In this document: positions 43,501-55,669 of the stretch, in pieces | Layout of the letters: each line of letters opens with the position of its first letter | Position numbering within the stretch: position 1 is the first letter of the stretch | Source: Balanoglossus misakiensis | Taxonomy: Eukaryota > Animalia > Hemichordata | Reading direction: 5' to 3' | Assembly: GCA_040954595.2 (NCBI GenBank) | Contig: CM082585.2 | Span: 7,341,808-7,405,807, forward strand | DNA length: 64,000 nt | Made by a program: the position numbers and the translations under genes | Notes under the pieces: generated by a model | What the model was told of the DNA's origin: nothing | Seen by the model: only the letters and a program-made list of their open reading frames with translations | The model's database searches: none

Positions 43501-46236
43501 GAGACAAAGCCAGCCACTCTCTGTTGATATAACGAACGTGCGAACGGAACGAAACTGCTCTGATTCATCTTCAGTGAAATATTTCCAAATGGCACCGATC
43601 TGTCTGATATGAAATGCAAGCTGATTTGCACACACGCCAAGTTGTCATACGTAGCGTCAAGATTTCTGGTTGATGGGATGATTGTGGGGCAGTTAATTTG
43701 CATTGATGGTACATGTATATCATTAGTGTAGAAAGATGCATCTTTGAGCTCCCCCGAAACAGTTCTGTCGATTGTCTGAGTTCACTGTAGCTTCGGTAGA
43801 TTTGTGGACATCCAGAAATATATACATGTACATGTTTTAGAATTTTCCTTGGGTGTTTTCAAAGCAATGCCATTGACTTATAACTGGGTGTCATTGGCCT
43901 GCAAATCGTGAACTGAATGTTGTGCTGTCGCATGACGTTACGTAGTGTCGGAGAAAAATAAACCAGAACCGATGGCAACTTCAGATGCGATACCAGCATA
44001 ATCTTGACTGGCACTGCAGTGCGTTTTTGCTACGCATTAGTACAACGTACTTTTTCTCGCGATTTCATCAGTTGCCATGACAGTGATGGAGGAGCCTATC
44101 ACAGGTGGCAGCGAAATCAGCCGGCAACATACGCCGTATACGCTGTACTGCGTCATATTTCCGCAAAGTCCCTCTCCAGGACGCTTATAGCGGTGATGGA
44201 TGATGGCATTCATCAAAACCTGCTGATGGATTACTGGGTGTTTTGTTGGAATTTGGCAGAAGTAATTGCAGTATATACACATCAATAGCGGTGTCACGTT
44301 TAAAAGACTATTAATCACAGTGTTTGCAGCAAAGTGCAAGTGTTGTTGTTTTTTTGTTTAATATCCATGCTTCGCTGTGAAAGTTTCAAAATCTGAACAG
44401 TACGTAATAGTGTGTGGTCTTGCATATGTATATATGTGTGTATGTATTGTATATATGGCATCAATTCTTGCATTGGCCAAGCATTTTCCGAAGTAAGTTT
44501 TACATGTTAAAAAAAGATTTATCGCAATCATATGTAGTGTTGCAGAAGATGTATATCATTGCGTTTTATAGCAGATGTTAAATTTAGTGGTAAGATTAGC
44601 CTGGGGGTTCAAACTGCAGTCAATATTTGGCAAAATCGAATCGTGGAATACGGTGCCATAAAACAAACAGCGCATAATTGCTGAGATAGACTTGTGAAGT
44701 CCGTGGTTTGCTCAGATCGAAAATTGAAGAATAAATCACTGCGAAGGTAAAGGTAGTTTTTTTCTCGTTGATGAAACACGTACGACACGGCAGCCGTAAT
44801 TCAAACAATTAGTGACACAAGATTGTCCTGTTGTACACAGTTTAGATAACTGGGAGTTGACCTTATGCTCTAAATAGGAAATCGAGGTCAACCATGTTTG
44901 GCCTATCGGCTGAATGCAAAATTAATGAAGGGAAGTTTGATAAGAGTACTGTGAACTTGTAGCGCGTAACACGACCGTGCTGTCGTCTGTTGGCTTGTTT
45001 CGAGACACGAGGCCGTACTTTGTAACCTGTTTGTACAGATGATGCATGTATACCCAAGTCTGATATGCTACTTAATAACTGAAATCAGATTCAGTTTTGA
45101 CACAAAATCACAAAAATTGATGTGCCTGATGAAAAGAAAGGAATTAGTTTGCCAGATTTGGATCTGTAATGCAAACAGGATTTCTAATTTAAGTCAATAC
45201 AGTAAGACATGTCGACAGATTTATCCTGCTTTAAAGAATGTTCTCTCCTCCTTTCATTACTGTCTCAAGGAATTTCTTTACTGGCCCTTCAGAGAACAAA
45301 ATATTGTCTTCACATTAACAGAACAGGTGTTTACATAAAGCGAAAAAAAATGATTGAAACTCATCAAAAAATCAGCATCATAAGTTTGGGATTGTGTCAT
45401 TTTCCGATGTTTTACGAGAGAAGAGGTTGCTCAGAAACTGAGCATAAAGTGTGATTTACAGAGTCATCGTGATTTTCGAAGCGGGCTTGAGTTGAAAGGT
45501 GACAGGAGAGAAAGTAGATGAACGAGGCATGACCGTCTTGGTGATGCAGTCAAACCACATTACTTTTTTTTTATTACCGTAGATTTACTGTAGCTATCAA
45601 CAGCTAAGGGACATTCTATCCATACAGATATTGCAGCCATATTTTGTGTGTGTGGTGGAGTTGGGGGGGGGGGTGACTCATTTAGTGTGAGATGCTGAAA
45701 TCTCGAAGGTCGGTGTCTATACTACAGGTATCATGAGAGTCTAATTGTCATCATCGTCGTGACAAAACGATCATAGTGATATTGACAAGACCCCTTTTGG
45801 GACGCGTCCATCAAGACACAATTTCTTGGATTCCACCCGAGGTCGCATGAGGTCTTATTTGGAGCTTCAGGGCCCGTCCTCCCCGGGGATCTGCCCTCCT
45901 CGCGGTTTTCATCATCGCCGTAACGATCAGCGGTGTAATCGTTCCTCTGGCAACCCAGAAGGAGTATAATTTGGTGAAACGTGAGTCTGGATCGTGAAAA
46001 GCCACTATCCAGTCTTCATGAGACTAAAAATATTACTTAATTAGCACAGAACATCCAGATTTGGCTTGGGTGTGGCATTGTTCGTCGTTTTGCCTCCAAG
46101 CAACATTATTTTCGCCTTGGATGAGACGGAAATATACCACACTGGTTGATAGAATGAGATTCGTGCCAGGGACTTCTTAATCCCTTCATAACAACATGTT
46201 AATAATATAATTTCCCTTTTGTTGGAATACCACCAT

Positions 46237-46723
46237 CATGAATTTTTCATAAATTTCGCACCAGTGAAATAGATTAATACGTAATTAAAATTAAATGTTC
46301 GGTCAAATTAAACTGTTTCTAATTGCTATTCATCCTTGCCGCCTATTTTCGTTCCTGTGATAATTTCATCAAGGACGACGCGTATAATAAGTCTCACAGC
46401 TTGTCGTCCTAAGTATTCAGATGACCCATTAGTTGTAACCTTTCGCTACTTTTTAATAGTTTTTGTTCTGTGCATGAGATATGATATTTTTCTGGCGTTT
46501 GACTCCTTGTATCATGCTAAATGTCCAACATTCTGCCTGACAACATACCCTGTATGTGACAAAAATTAATTGGTCATAAATGGTTTCAAGTCCAGAATTG
46601 AATTCGATTTGCAACATTGTTAATATCCCTTAATCTCACTACATGAATTTTTCATAAATTTTACACAGGTGTAGTAAATTAGTACATAATTGAAGTTAGA
46701 TGTTTAAACTGTTTCTGATTGCT
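46237..46723 (+). repeat. Diverged direct repeat pair (~85-90 bp; 46237-46327 and 46642-46723)
   Basis: Both start catgaatttttcataaattt and end aactgtttct(a/g)attgct. Confidence 0.7.
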
Positions 46724-48828
46724 GGTCAGATCATCGTTGTCACTTATTTGCATTCTTGTAATGATGGTAACTGCATGTACTCCAAGGGGTTGGAGCAACA
46801 GTCAGTTGCTTGAGGGCTCACTATAGGTGTTGTAATGTCTGTGCGATGGAACTCGTTTATAGGTGCTTTGCTAATGTTGACAGGCACTTTCATTGATACA
46901 TGTCTTTGTATGAAGTCTGAATATTCCTGTGTGATTAACATCTGCCGTTAAAATCCATCAGTCAGTTTCTTCCAGTTGCTCTTGAGATGCGAATACATTA
47001 CACAGTAGAGCATAGAATCGGGGAATATTCAATCTGATTTGATTTGATCTGATTTGAAATATTGATGTCACTCAGTGTTCATTTATTTTTAATCAAGGCA
47101 TCAGGATGTTTTACAAATTGATTTGGCGTAAATGTGTTGCTCTTTGACCTTTCATTGGAAAATCTACGAAAATTTGACGGGCACCGACTGACGCGAAGTG
47201 ACGGATCTTAAAATACATTACAGGTCCCCCCTCCCCCAACTAGGATGCAGCCATGAAAATGTGTCAGTCACACATGACTTTCTGAAACGTGAGACTTACT
47301 GATATTTGAGGTTTCAGAAGTGATGATATTGAGATGTCTGCGAAATATGATGTATGGGCTTGTGGAGAGTTTCTCATCCAAAGCCAGTACCAGCAAAAAT
47401 CCCTAGCTACCAAGGCTGTTGTCTTAATTAGTGTTAAGATCTATAATTATATCATGTTAATTACACAGGGACCGCAACATAGTGGTCTCCCCCTATATAG
47501 AGGTAGCCAAAATATAGAGGTGGCCAATAACACTGGTTTGACTGAATTACTGAAGTTTTTCTGTCTTTTGGGTACATACTGAAATGGTATTGGCCATGTC
47601 TGCAGTGTATGTTGAAAGGGTTAACAGTTACAACAACAGGCTAGCTGCTTTTGGGCAAACCAACACTTTTGCACAAAATTACCTGTACCAGTATATGTTG
47701 CATGTCTTAAAGGAACATGCATCACATTATGGTACCGTTATTATCTGTTTTACACCATGCAGATCTTTGCTTTCACATTCCAGAATTTATTATCTTGAAA
47801 TAGTGTCAAAAAAAAGTTGTGCATTTGCCTGTGCATTGGATGACAGTGAATTTCCAATTCTCAAATAGCATCATTAACACTGTATATGTCGCTATGTGTT
47901 ACTGTGTTTGACATTTAAGAATAAATAGTGAAAGTTCAGCTTACCTAAACAGAGAAACGTTACCATTGATAACCGCTTCAATTTTTTTTTTAAGTCACTG
48001 TGGCATGTCTTCCTTTCCTTTAAAAGTTCTTATCGGGATGTTCCATTTCAGCGACTTGCGATATCTGGTAGATGTGTTTAACGGGACTTTGGAACATTCC
48101 ATTGTAAGATAGGGAAAAAGATTTGAAAGTGATCGCTTGCATTGCATTTACCAACCGGTAAATAGTAGACATTTTGCTATGTTATATTTTAAAAATGGTT
48201 TGCTTTTCCGTGTGATGCGAAATTTATTTATAATATCTTCCACAAGTTTTTTCCCAGAAAGTCAGCCCACTGAAAATGGAACAAACCTTTATCCTGGGTT
48301 TATTTTAACCTTGATACAAATAGCACTCCAGATAATTATTTAATATGTAAAATTATTTTATTCAGTTACATAAGAAGCTATTTTTTAAATTACAAATGTT
48401 ATAATTACCAATAATTGCAATCATTATTGTTTCACTAATTTGACCTGTTAAAAACATGAGTTCATTAGCCTACTAATCACATGTGGGATTTTCTGAAAAT
48501 TATGGAAACTTGTTGAATTTTAACAATCAAAAGTGGTACCTGTGGAATATATATGTGTAAACCTATGCATTGATGCGAACTAGTTGTTGTACACTAGTTC
48601 AATAATACACAAAAAATGTTATGAGAACAATACCTTTATAATGGGATTAGAATGAACACTGCAATTTTTGGTATTGACCAAATATTAATGGAAGTATTCA
48701 CGTGTTATTTTCACGTACATGACATGAGTTAAGCTCTAACAACCCAGTCGGTCATTTAGTGTATTCTCTATCTATCCAGACTATTTCATTTGGCGAATTA
48801 TTGATGTCCACTGATGTTTTGCTTTCAG

Positions 48829-48998
48829 GTGGTCGCAACGTCACCATCCATCTGCAGTCGCGTACTGGCCACACTCACATGGCCTCCGTGGTTGGTTTGC
48901 TGGTCTTCACTCACTTCTGGTTTTGGTTCCCACTGGCGCATTTCCTGTCTCTGGCGTTTGTGCCCACCACTGTGGTTGGACTCAATGCTGATCTCAAG
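48829..48998 (+). CDS. PSMD1: PSMD1 exon (G)[56 protein letters not shown]
   Basis: Acceptor gctttcag|GT and donor AAG|gtgaga; 170 nt; phase 1 matches the previous exon; FWFWFPL motif of Rpn2. Confidence 0.97.
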
Positions 48999-49079
48999 GT
49001 GAGACCAGCAGTTTGACTTGTTTTATGTTATAGAATAGGGCTGTTGGTGTATATGAGATGTATGCATATCATATGTACA

Positions 49080-49425
49080 GTATGTATGTATGTATGTATG
49101 TATGTATGTATGTATGTATGTATGTATGTATGTATGTATGTATGTATGTATGTATGTATGTATGTATGTATGTATGTATGTATGTATGTATGTATGTTGT
49201 ATGTATGTATGTATGTATGTATGTATGTATGTATGTATGTATGTATGTATGTATGTATGTATGTATGTATGTATGTATGTATGTATGTATGTATGTATGT
49301 ATGTATGTATGTATGTATGTATGTATGTATGTATGTATGTATGTATGTATGTATGTATGTATGTATGTATGTATGTATGTATGTGTATGTATATGTATGT
49401 ACCATGTATGTATACGTGTGTATGT
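49080..49425. repeat. (TATG)n microsatellite in a PSMD1 intron
   Basis: About 300 bp near-perfect array plus a degenerate tail. Confidence 0.98.
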
Positions 49426-49547
49426 TCACATACCAGTAGTACCTAGATTAAGTGTAAAATAATGAGATTCATAAAGTATTGTCTCTGCTGTATGGCTGAT
49501 GATATGATTTGAGATCAGAAATGATTTGTAATTTTGTCCTGATTCAG

Positions 49548-49718
49548 ATGCCGGTGATGGAGATCAAATCCAACGCCAAGCCCTCCACCTATGCCTACCC
49601 ACCACCTTTGGAAACTCCCAAAGAGAAGGAAAAGGAGAAGGTTACAACAGCCGTGCTCTCCATCACAGCCAAGCAGAAGAAAAAAGAGAAGAAGGAAGAA
49701 GGAGAGAAGATGGAAGTG
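49548..49718 (+). CDS. PSMD1: PSMD1 exon [57 protein letters not shown]
   Basis: Acceptor gattcag|ATG and donor GTG|gtaagg; 171 nt; KEKV[10 protein letters not shown] motif. Confidence 0.96.
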
Positions 49719-50651
49719 GTAAGGCTATGTTTGAGGAAAGCTCAACTCATGAGATCAGTTCTTTAAATCTGAGTCGTATCCTCTCAAAAGACATAAGTTG
49801 AAAAGAGCTGCTGAACCAAACCACAAACTGCCAAAGTGTGAAAATTTAAATTAAAAGTAATGTCTGGCCCGTATTAAAAGTTGACTGGAGTCCCAAGTCA
49901 CGCCAAGTGCCATAATGGTCAGTGGAGTAAAGTAATAGCAAACCCATAAAGTTCGTTGAGAAGTGACCAGTGGCTGTAAATATCAGTGAAGTGGATTCAA
50001 GTCAGTGTGAGTGATTGCATAAACATTCAAAAGGGTCACGGCGTAGTCACTGAGCTCTTCAACCGAAAAACAAAACATTGGAGTGAAGCAACCCTGAACC
50101 TCACATTGCCAGATGCGCGTGACGCGACACCGAACGACGTGAAATGCACTGGAGGAAAGTAACACCGAAAACCGTAAAGTTCACTGGAGTAAATTAATAC
50201 TAAACATCATGAAAGGCAGTGAAGTGCGGTGACATGCTAAGTGTCTGTAGTATAAAAAGTACAGAGTGCCACTAAAACCAGACGTATTACGTCGAAGTAG
50301 AGAGCGAGAATACCATGAAGTGAAGTGAAGTGAATAAAATACACTCTGTTGAAAAACAGTGATTGCCACAATTGAAAATTATGTGTCATTAACCGATGTG
50401 ATCTGGCGACGTGAGTTGGGTGTTGATTCCAGTCTTGGGAGGTACAACTTTCTACCGAAACCATTTTGTGTGTTTTTAACAATAGTTTTTTTTCTAGTAC
50501 AACATCAGTGATTTTGTGCGATAGTTAGACGTGAAAGTTCTGTAAATAGACTCTGTCATCCATGTGTTCACGTATTTCTTGAGATCTGACTTGTATGTCC
50601 TGTTCGTCGATTCTTGAGTTACAAACTTGCATCTTCCTCCCGTCTTCTCAG

Positions 50652-50894
50652 GATGAAGAAAAGAAGGATGAAGAGAAGGAAAAGGCAGACGAGCCAAGCA
50701 AAGAGAAAGACAAAGATGAGGAGAAAGAGAAAGAGAAAGAAAAAGAAAAGGAGAAAGAGAAGGAGAAAGAGAAAGAAGAAAAGAAAGAGCCAGAACCCAA
50801 CTTTGAAATGATCGCCAATCCCGGCAGAGTCATGCACGCACAGCAGAAAGTCCTGACCATGCCTGAGTCCTCTCGCTTCTTGCCGCTCAAACCG
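50652..50894 (+). CDS. PSMD1: PSMD1 exon with KEKE tract, DEEKKDEE...[37 protein letters not shown]
   Basis: Acceptor cttctcag|GAT and donor CCG|gtaggt; 243 nt; EPEPNF..NP.RV..AQ.KVL motif. Confidence 0.95.
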
Positions 50895-51671
50895 GTAGGT
50901 CACATGACAGTCACATGACATACTACAACCATGTGTATCTGTGGCAACGATAAGCTAGTGTTTGTTGTTTATGTGTGAGGGCAGCCAAGAGAGATGAAAG
51001 TGAGTTTCCAGTGGAAATTCTTTTCAGTAGAGAAGTCAAGGGTTTCTGTAAGTTTTGGAACAAGTGGCTGACAAACTCAGATGGGCAATGAGCATGATCT
51101 GCCAGGAAATAAAAGTAGGTTTGGATGACGATAAATTATTTCGTTCTGCTCATCATCCACTTCGATCCAAAATATCAAAACTTGATCATTCAACTTCAAA
51201 GGGCAAAGACTGCACTCGGGGCATTGGTGAAATATGTTACTTGACATTTACACTGCACTAGACTCTTAAAACGTCTGTAACAAGAGAATCTTTGATCAAG
51301 ATAACCTTTACAAAGAAAAGACTGGCCTTCATGCACCTATCGCTTTTGGTGCCAGCTGCATAATTTATGCCTGTCATAAAATGGCAGAGATCATGAAGAA
51401 CTTTATGATCACTCGTGGGAAATTTTGGATCTCCAGAACATCATGAATCACCGGTCAGAAATAAGTGAAATCTAATGGGTATTCAGCTGTACACACACAC
51501 AAGCTTGCAATGCTGTCAAGCGAATATATTTCCCCCTTTTTATGCTCAGACCATCTTCGTTTAGAGAATACAGCTGCAGAGATCTCTTATTTCAGAGTGG
51601 AGTTTGACATCAAAATCTGACACGCTGCTTTGATCCAGTCACAGACATTTCGCATCAATTCATTTATACAG

Positions 51672-51747
51672 GTACACATTGGAGGCATCATCATGCTGAA
51701 AGACACCAAGTCCCAAGAACCTCAAGACATCATTCAACCCGTACCCG
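51672..51747 (+). CDS. PSMD1: PSMD1 exon VHIGGIIMLKDTKSQEPQDIIQPVP(A)
   Basis: Acceptor ttatacag|GTA and donor CCG|gtaaga; 76 nt; GGII.LKD motif. Confidence 0.93.
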
Positions 51748-52014
51748 GTAAGAAACCACTGCATATCAAATTTCATAGTTCTTGGCTGCAATCCGCGTAC
51801 AATAATCATTTTAATATACAGTCAACTGCAGAAGGACTTCTAGTATTTGTTTTCTGAAAACAAAGTAAGCAGTCTGTTTGCCCGTTGAGGGCACTTCACA
51901 TAGCTGGCACTCACACCTTGAATCTCTCCAGCATTACCATCACTGTATCAGTAGCATTGCAAACTAAATTCTTCATTTCATCTCTAACTTTGTCTGTTTT
52001 TTTGTCTTCATCAG

Positions 52015-52085
52015 CTGGTGGTCCCAAAGTGGAGGAAGAAGAGGAGCCTGAACCACCAGAGCCATTTGAATACACTGAAGACTAG
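52015..52085 (+). CDS. PSMD1: PSMD1 last coding exon (A)GGPKVEEEEEPEPPEPFEYTED*, Rpn13-binding C-terminal tail
   Basis: Acceptor ttcatcag|CT; phase 1 matches; EPEPPEPFEY C-terminus is characteristic of PSMD1; TAG at 52083-52085. Confidence 0.96.
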
Positions 52086-53144
52086 AACAACCATACAGCC
52101 CGGTGATGGTGTTACTCCCTCAACTGGCCAAATTAGATAGAAAATGATGAAATATTCTGTAGTGTGATAAAACAGACACTCATAATATTCCCACACTTAT
52201 CTCGCATTTACCATTTGGATATTTATTACTCATGTCCTTATTAGCCACTTAGATTAATTGTCTTTCCAGTGTTTCACAAGATATAACTATACTACAAGAT
52301 TCACCTTTACCATCTTATTATCACTTGTTAGTTCCTCACAGACTGCGGAATCACAACATTTTACTCCCAAGCACTTACTTTCACTTTTGTTGTTGTCCAT
52401 GCTGAAATTGTAACATTTTTAGCCTGCTTACTTATATCGTGTGGTTCAAATATAATGATCAATAGTTCGGGTGAATCTAAATATGTGGAAATAGGGGTTG
52501 TGTATTCCCCTGTATGTAAGCCATGTATGTCCTTGTTCAACTGTATTGCATGATCAGTGCATGGAATGAATAGGACAGACTTGTTTCATTCACAGAAATT
52601 TCCATGAGTCAAATTCCTGTATAAAGAAACTTGGCCACAATGTCACATTTCAATGAAATTATAGCCAGTATATGTGCGTTTTTGGTGAGGTTTTATGTCG
52701 GAAAACGAAATTGAGTATCATTCGATGTGAACTGTGGCACTTTACCTGTCAGTTTTTAGCTTTGGAAGGTCGAAACATTGCATGCAGTTACAGCTACATT
52801 CAAACTTACAGTAATGTCAAAGGACTCCAGTGTTTATCTGTGATGTCAAGTTGCCTGCAGAATATATTGCAATCTGTTTGCCATTTGAGAAGTTACCAAA
52901 GTGAGGTTCCTATTAATTATGCATGTTCCCACAGGAAAAATAATTGCAAAACGAAGAATAAGCTTGTTACTTTTCAAAGAAGAGAGAGAATTGTTATGTC
53001 CATGCGGTGATTTACACCAGTATCGCCATGGCAACACAGACGTTGATTGTCATTATTATCCAGTTCGTTAGTTCTATTGTTATCTTTGCTGATTTTTTTT
53101 GGAGCTCATCTGACGTCATATGCATAATTTTCATGGCATTAAGT

Positions 53145-53150
53145 AATAAA
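53145..53150 (+). promoter_or_regulatory. Candidate PSMD1 polyadenylation signal (AATAAA), implying a ~1.1 kb 3' UTR
   Basis: First canonical AATAAA I found downstream of the stop codon; no transcript evidence. Confidence 0.4.
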
Positions 53151-54710
53151 AGTTTTTGCAACAAAAATTTGCTACGTAAGGCTCCCCAACTTCGTGAAAA
53201 TTGCTGAATACATTTTTAAAGTCCAGTGTTGTGGTCAAAAACACCATTGATTTTATTTTCCAGGCTTCCTGTTAGCAAAATACATAACTGACTTTAATTT
53301 TAAACCATATATTTGTACATTTTAATTTATCAAACTTCAGCATTTTCACCGTAAAGTCCTCCTCAACTGCTTGGATTTAGAATTGTGTAGATGTATAATC
53401 GTGACTGCCTAGTTGAAATGGTCGTAGAGGGGGCTAGACTACAAATTACACCGAGTTCAAACTGGGCACATCAAAACGTGGAAGTACCATGGAAGAGCGG
53501 AAACAGGTGTGCAGGGTTAATTAACATGTAGATCAAAAGTCTGCTAGACAACTTCGGGTAAATGTAGGTCGCCTCAGAGACATGACGGCAAGAGTTTATA
53601 ACAGGTGTGCAGCTCTTGGAAAAAAACTTGTTTTATTTGCATGTGAATTAAAAATCTGAGAGACAACTTTGGGTCAATGTACGGAGCCTCAGAAGGCAAG
53701 GGTCAGGCGTCACACGAACTCTTTAACACCTGTTTGAAGACTGCAATGGAAAAGGAAGCAACCAATCAAAAAATCAAGCTAATGAGACCGCTATATTCAT
53801 CAGCTCATAACTTTTAGCAAAAGCCAGAATGCACGTCGTTCCAAGTGCGGTCGAACCAGGCAATCTTTTTGCGCGGTGTCCAGGCCCGACTTTTCACCTT
53901 CAACTTTGTTTCTGGATAGCAGATAAGTTTCTCGATAGACTTTTGTCCGAAAAAGAAGTCGACCAGCATAGCAAATATCTACAGCAGACGCCTCAATGAT
54001 TTTTTTCCGCCGAATACCCGCAACAGCAGTCTCCTCAGCTACTGTGCAGTCAGCACTGTGTGACAGCCACGAAAAAACACCAGGCAGACTGGTCCGAAGA
54101 AATATTTTGCTGTAAGTAGCATTTTTATGTAAACCAAAGGAGAATAAGGCGACATTCAATTTACGCTTTCTTCTCCAGTTGGTGAGTTTTCCGTTATCTT
54201 TCCAAGCCCCACCCATAGCATTATCCACGTGCAGATTTAAGGCATAGTATATAGCGCCCTCTACATACTCTATCTGCAAATACTTTGTTTCCATATAAAG
54301 AAGTTATTTCAGTTTGGGATGTAGAAATTATGCTGACCACAAACAAAATGCTCATCAAATATTCACCAGTTTGGATTTCTTCATGACTTCTGGTGTAATA
54401 AGAAAATTTTAACATTCAAACATTTTGAAGTAAGAAAATTACACTTTATTCATATTTATCTAAGATTCTTCACTCATTACATGGTAAACTCAATTAACAA
54501 GATCAGAATTTCTAGTCTGGTCTTCTTTGATATTACAATTTAAAAGTAAATCACCAAACTGAAATCAGTCACTTTTTTCTTCAAAGTTTTCTCCATGTCA
54601 ACTTCACGTCCTGTATCAAGAAAAGACATAAAAATGTGTACTGTTAATTACTCCTAGGTGAAATAATATACAAACAACTACCACTCCAGAATTTATTTCC
54701 AAACAACATG

Positions 54711-54792
54711 GTGAGATCTCAGCTGAGTACATTTTGGTCAGCTGCGACGCTTCTCAGATGGATATTGGATTTTTTCTCTTCATGGATCTCAC
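54711..54792 (-). ncRNA. Box C/D snoRNA candidate (sno-E)
   Basis: Minus strand: GTGAGATC-C-ATGAAGA(C)-GAAAAAATCCAATATCCAT-CTGA(D')-...-CAGCTGA(C'-like)-CCAAAATGTACTCAG-CTGA(D)-GATCTCAC. Perfect 8-bp terminal stem; ~100 nt upstream of an acceptor. Confidence 0.8.
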
Positions 54793-55268
54793 ACTTTGAT
54801 GACACAACTTGTGGACAACCGAACTACAAAAGGCTTCAATGAAGATGAACTGGTATGTAATGTTACTTGTTAGAACAAATACCAACACTGAAGGTTTGCC
54901 ACCCCATTTACATGTTAGCACCCCTGGGAGACCACACCCCTTAAAATGTTCCACGAAAGAGGTACAACAGTCCCCCTTGCCAGAGAGAAATCCCCCCCCC
55001 CTCAATATTATTGCAATGGGGACAATCCCCCCCCCTCCGTTGATGGCACACTGTGGATACTTCTCACTGAAGATGAACAAGTATTTGCAACTATACCTGT
55101 GAAATTCAGCGATGAAATTTGCCATTCTCGCAAGTACGAAACACAGTCACAGTCTCCAACCAATAAAACCTGTAAGGAAATATGGAGAAAATGTTGGTTT
55201 TTACGTCAATCTAAGCATTATGATGTCAAGGCTTTTTTCTACATTTCTTCTACTTTTCAAACTTTTCA

Positions 55269-55348
55269 TGAGACCTCATAGATAGAACAAAGTGGTCAGC
55301 ACCTTTGTAGCTCTGATCGGCGAGTGAAAGTTCTAATCATTGATCTCA
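55269..55348 (-). ncRNA. Box C/D snoRNA candidate (sno-D), guide TTCACTCGCCG
   Basis: Minus strand: TGAGATC-A-ATGATTA(C)-GAACTTTCACTCGCCGAT-CAGA(D')-GCTACAAAG-GTGCTGA(C')-CCACTTTGTTCTATCT-ATGA(D)-GGTCTCA. 7-bp stem with one G-U pair; intronic. Confidence 0.8.
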
Positions 55349-55587
55349 GGCCTTGTACAATTTGACATTTCACCAGGCCAGTTTTATCAAGTTTGATCTC
55401 CGGAACAATCAATCATGACATGAAGTAGAGACTATACCTGTGAAAATCAGCGATGAAATTTGCCATTCTCGCAAGTCCATGGTATGAACACAGTTAGACT
55501 CCAACACATAAAACCTGAAAGGAAATATGAAGAAAATGTCGGTTATCCATTCATCTTAGCATCATTTCTTATACTTCAAACTTTCCA

Positions 55588-55669
55588 TGAGATCTCATAA
55601 AGACTAATAGAAATGGTCAGCACCTTTGTAGCTCTGATCGGCGAGTGAAAGTTCTAATCATCGATCTCA
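55588..55669 (-). ncRNA. Box C/D snoRNA candidate (sno-C), paralog of sno-D
   Basis: Minus strand: TGAGATC-G-ATGATTA-GAACTTTCACTCGCCGAT-CAGA-GCTACAAAG-GTGCTGA-CCATTTCTATTAGTCTTT-ATGA-GATCTCA. Perfect 7-bp stem; ~72 nt upstream of the acceptor at 55515. Confidence 0.82.

Noticed and set aside
45975-46026. Short hairpin ctggatcgtg-aaaagc-cactatccag followed by gagacta
   Set aside because: Too short for a miRNA precursor; more likely a remnant of a small palindromic transposon.
47480-47625. Possible MITE ends (ctggtttgactg; gaaagggttaa)
   Set aside because: Only single ends are visible, with no matching partner TIR or target duplication.
49028-49462. 118-134 aa ORFs on both strands
   Set aside because: Translations of the (TATG)n microsatellite inside a PSMD1 intron.
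50619-50921. Antisense F/S/L-rich ORFs
   Set aside because: Shadow frames of the purine-rich KEKE exon.
53800-54294. 164-aa minus-strand ORF as a protein-coding gene
   Set aside because: No recognisable domain or splice context, and it lies in a repeat-like interval.
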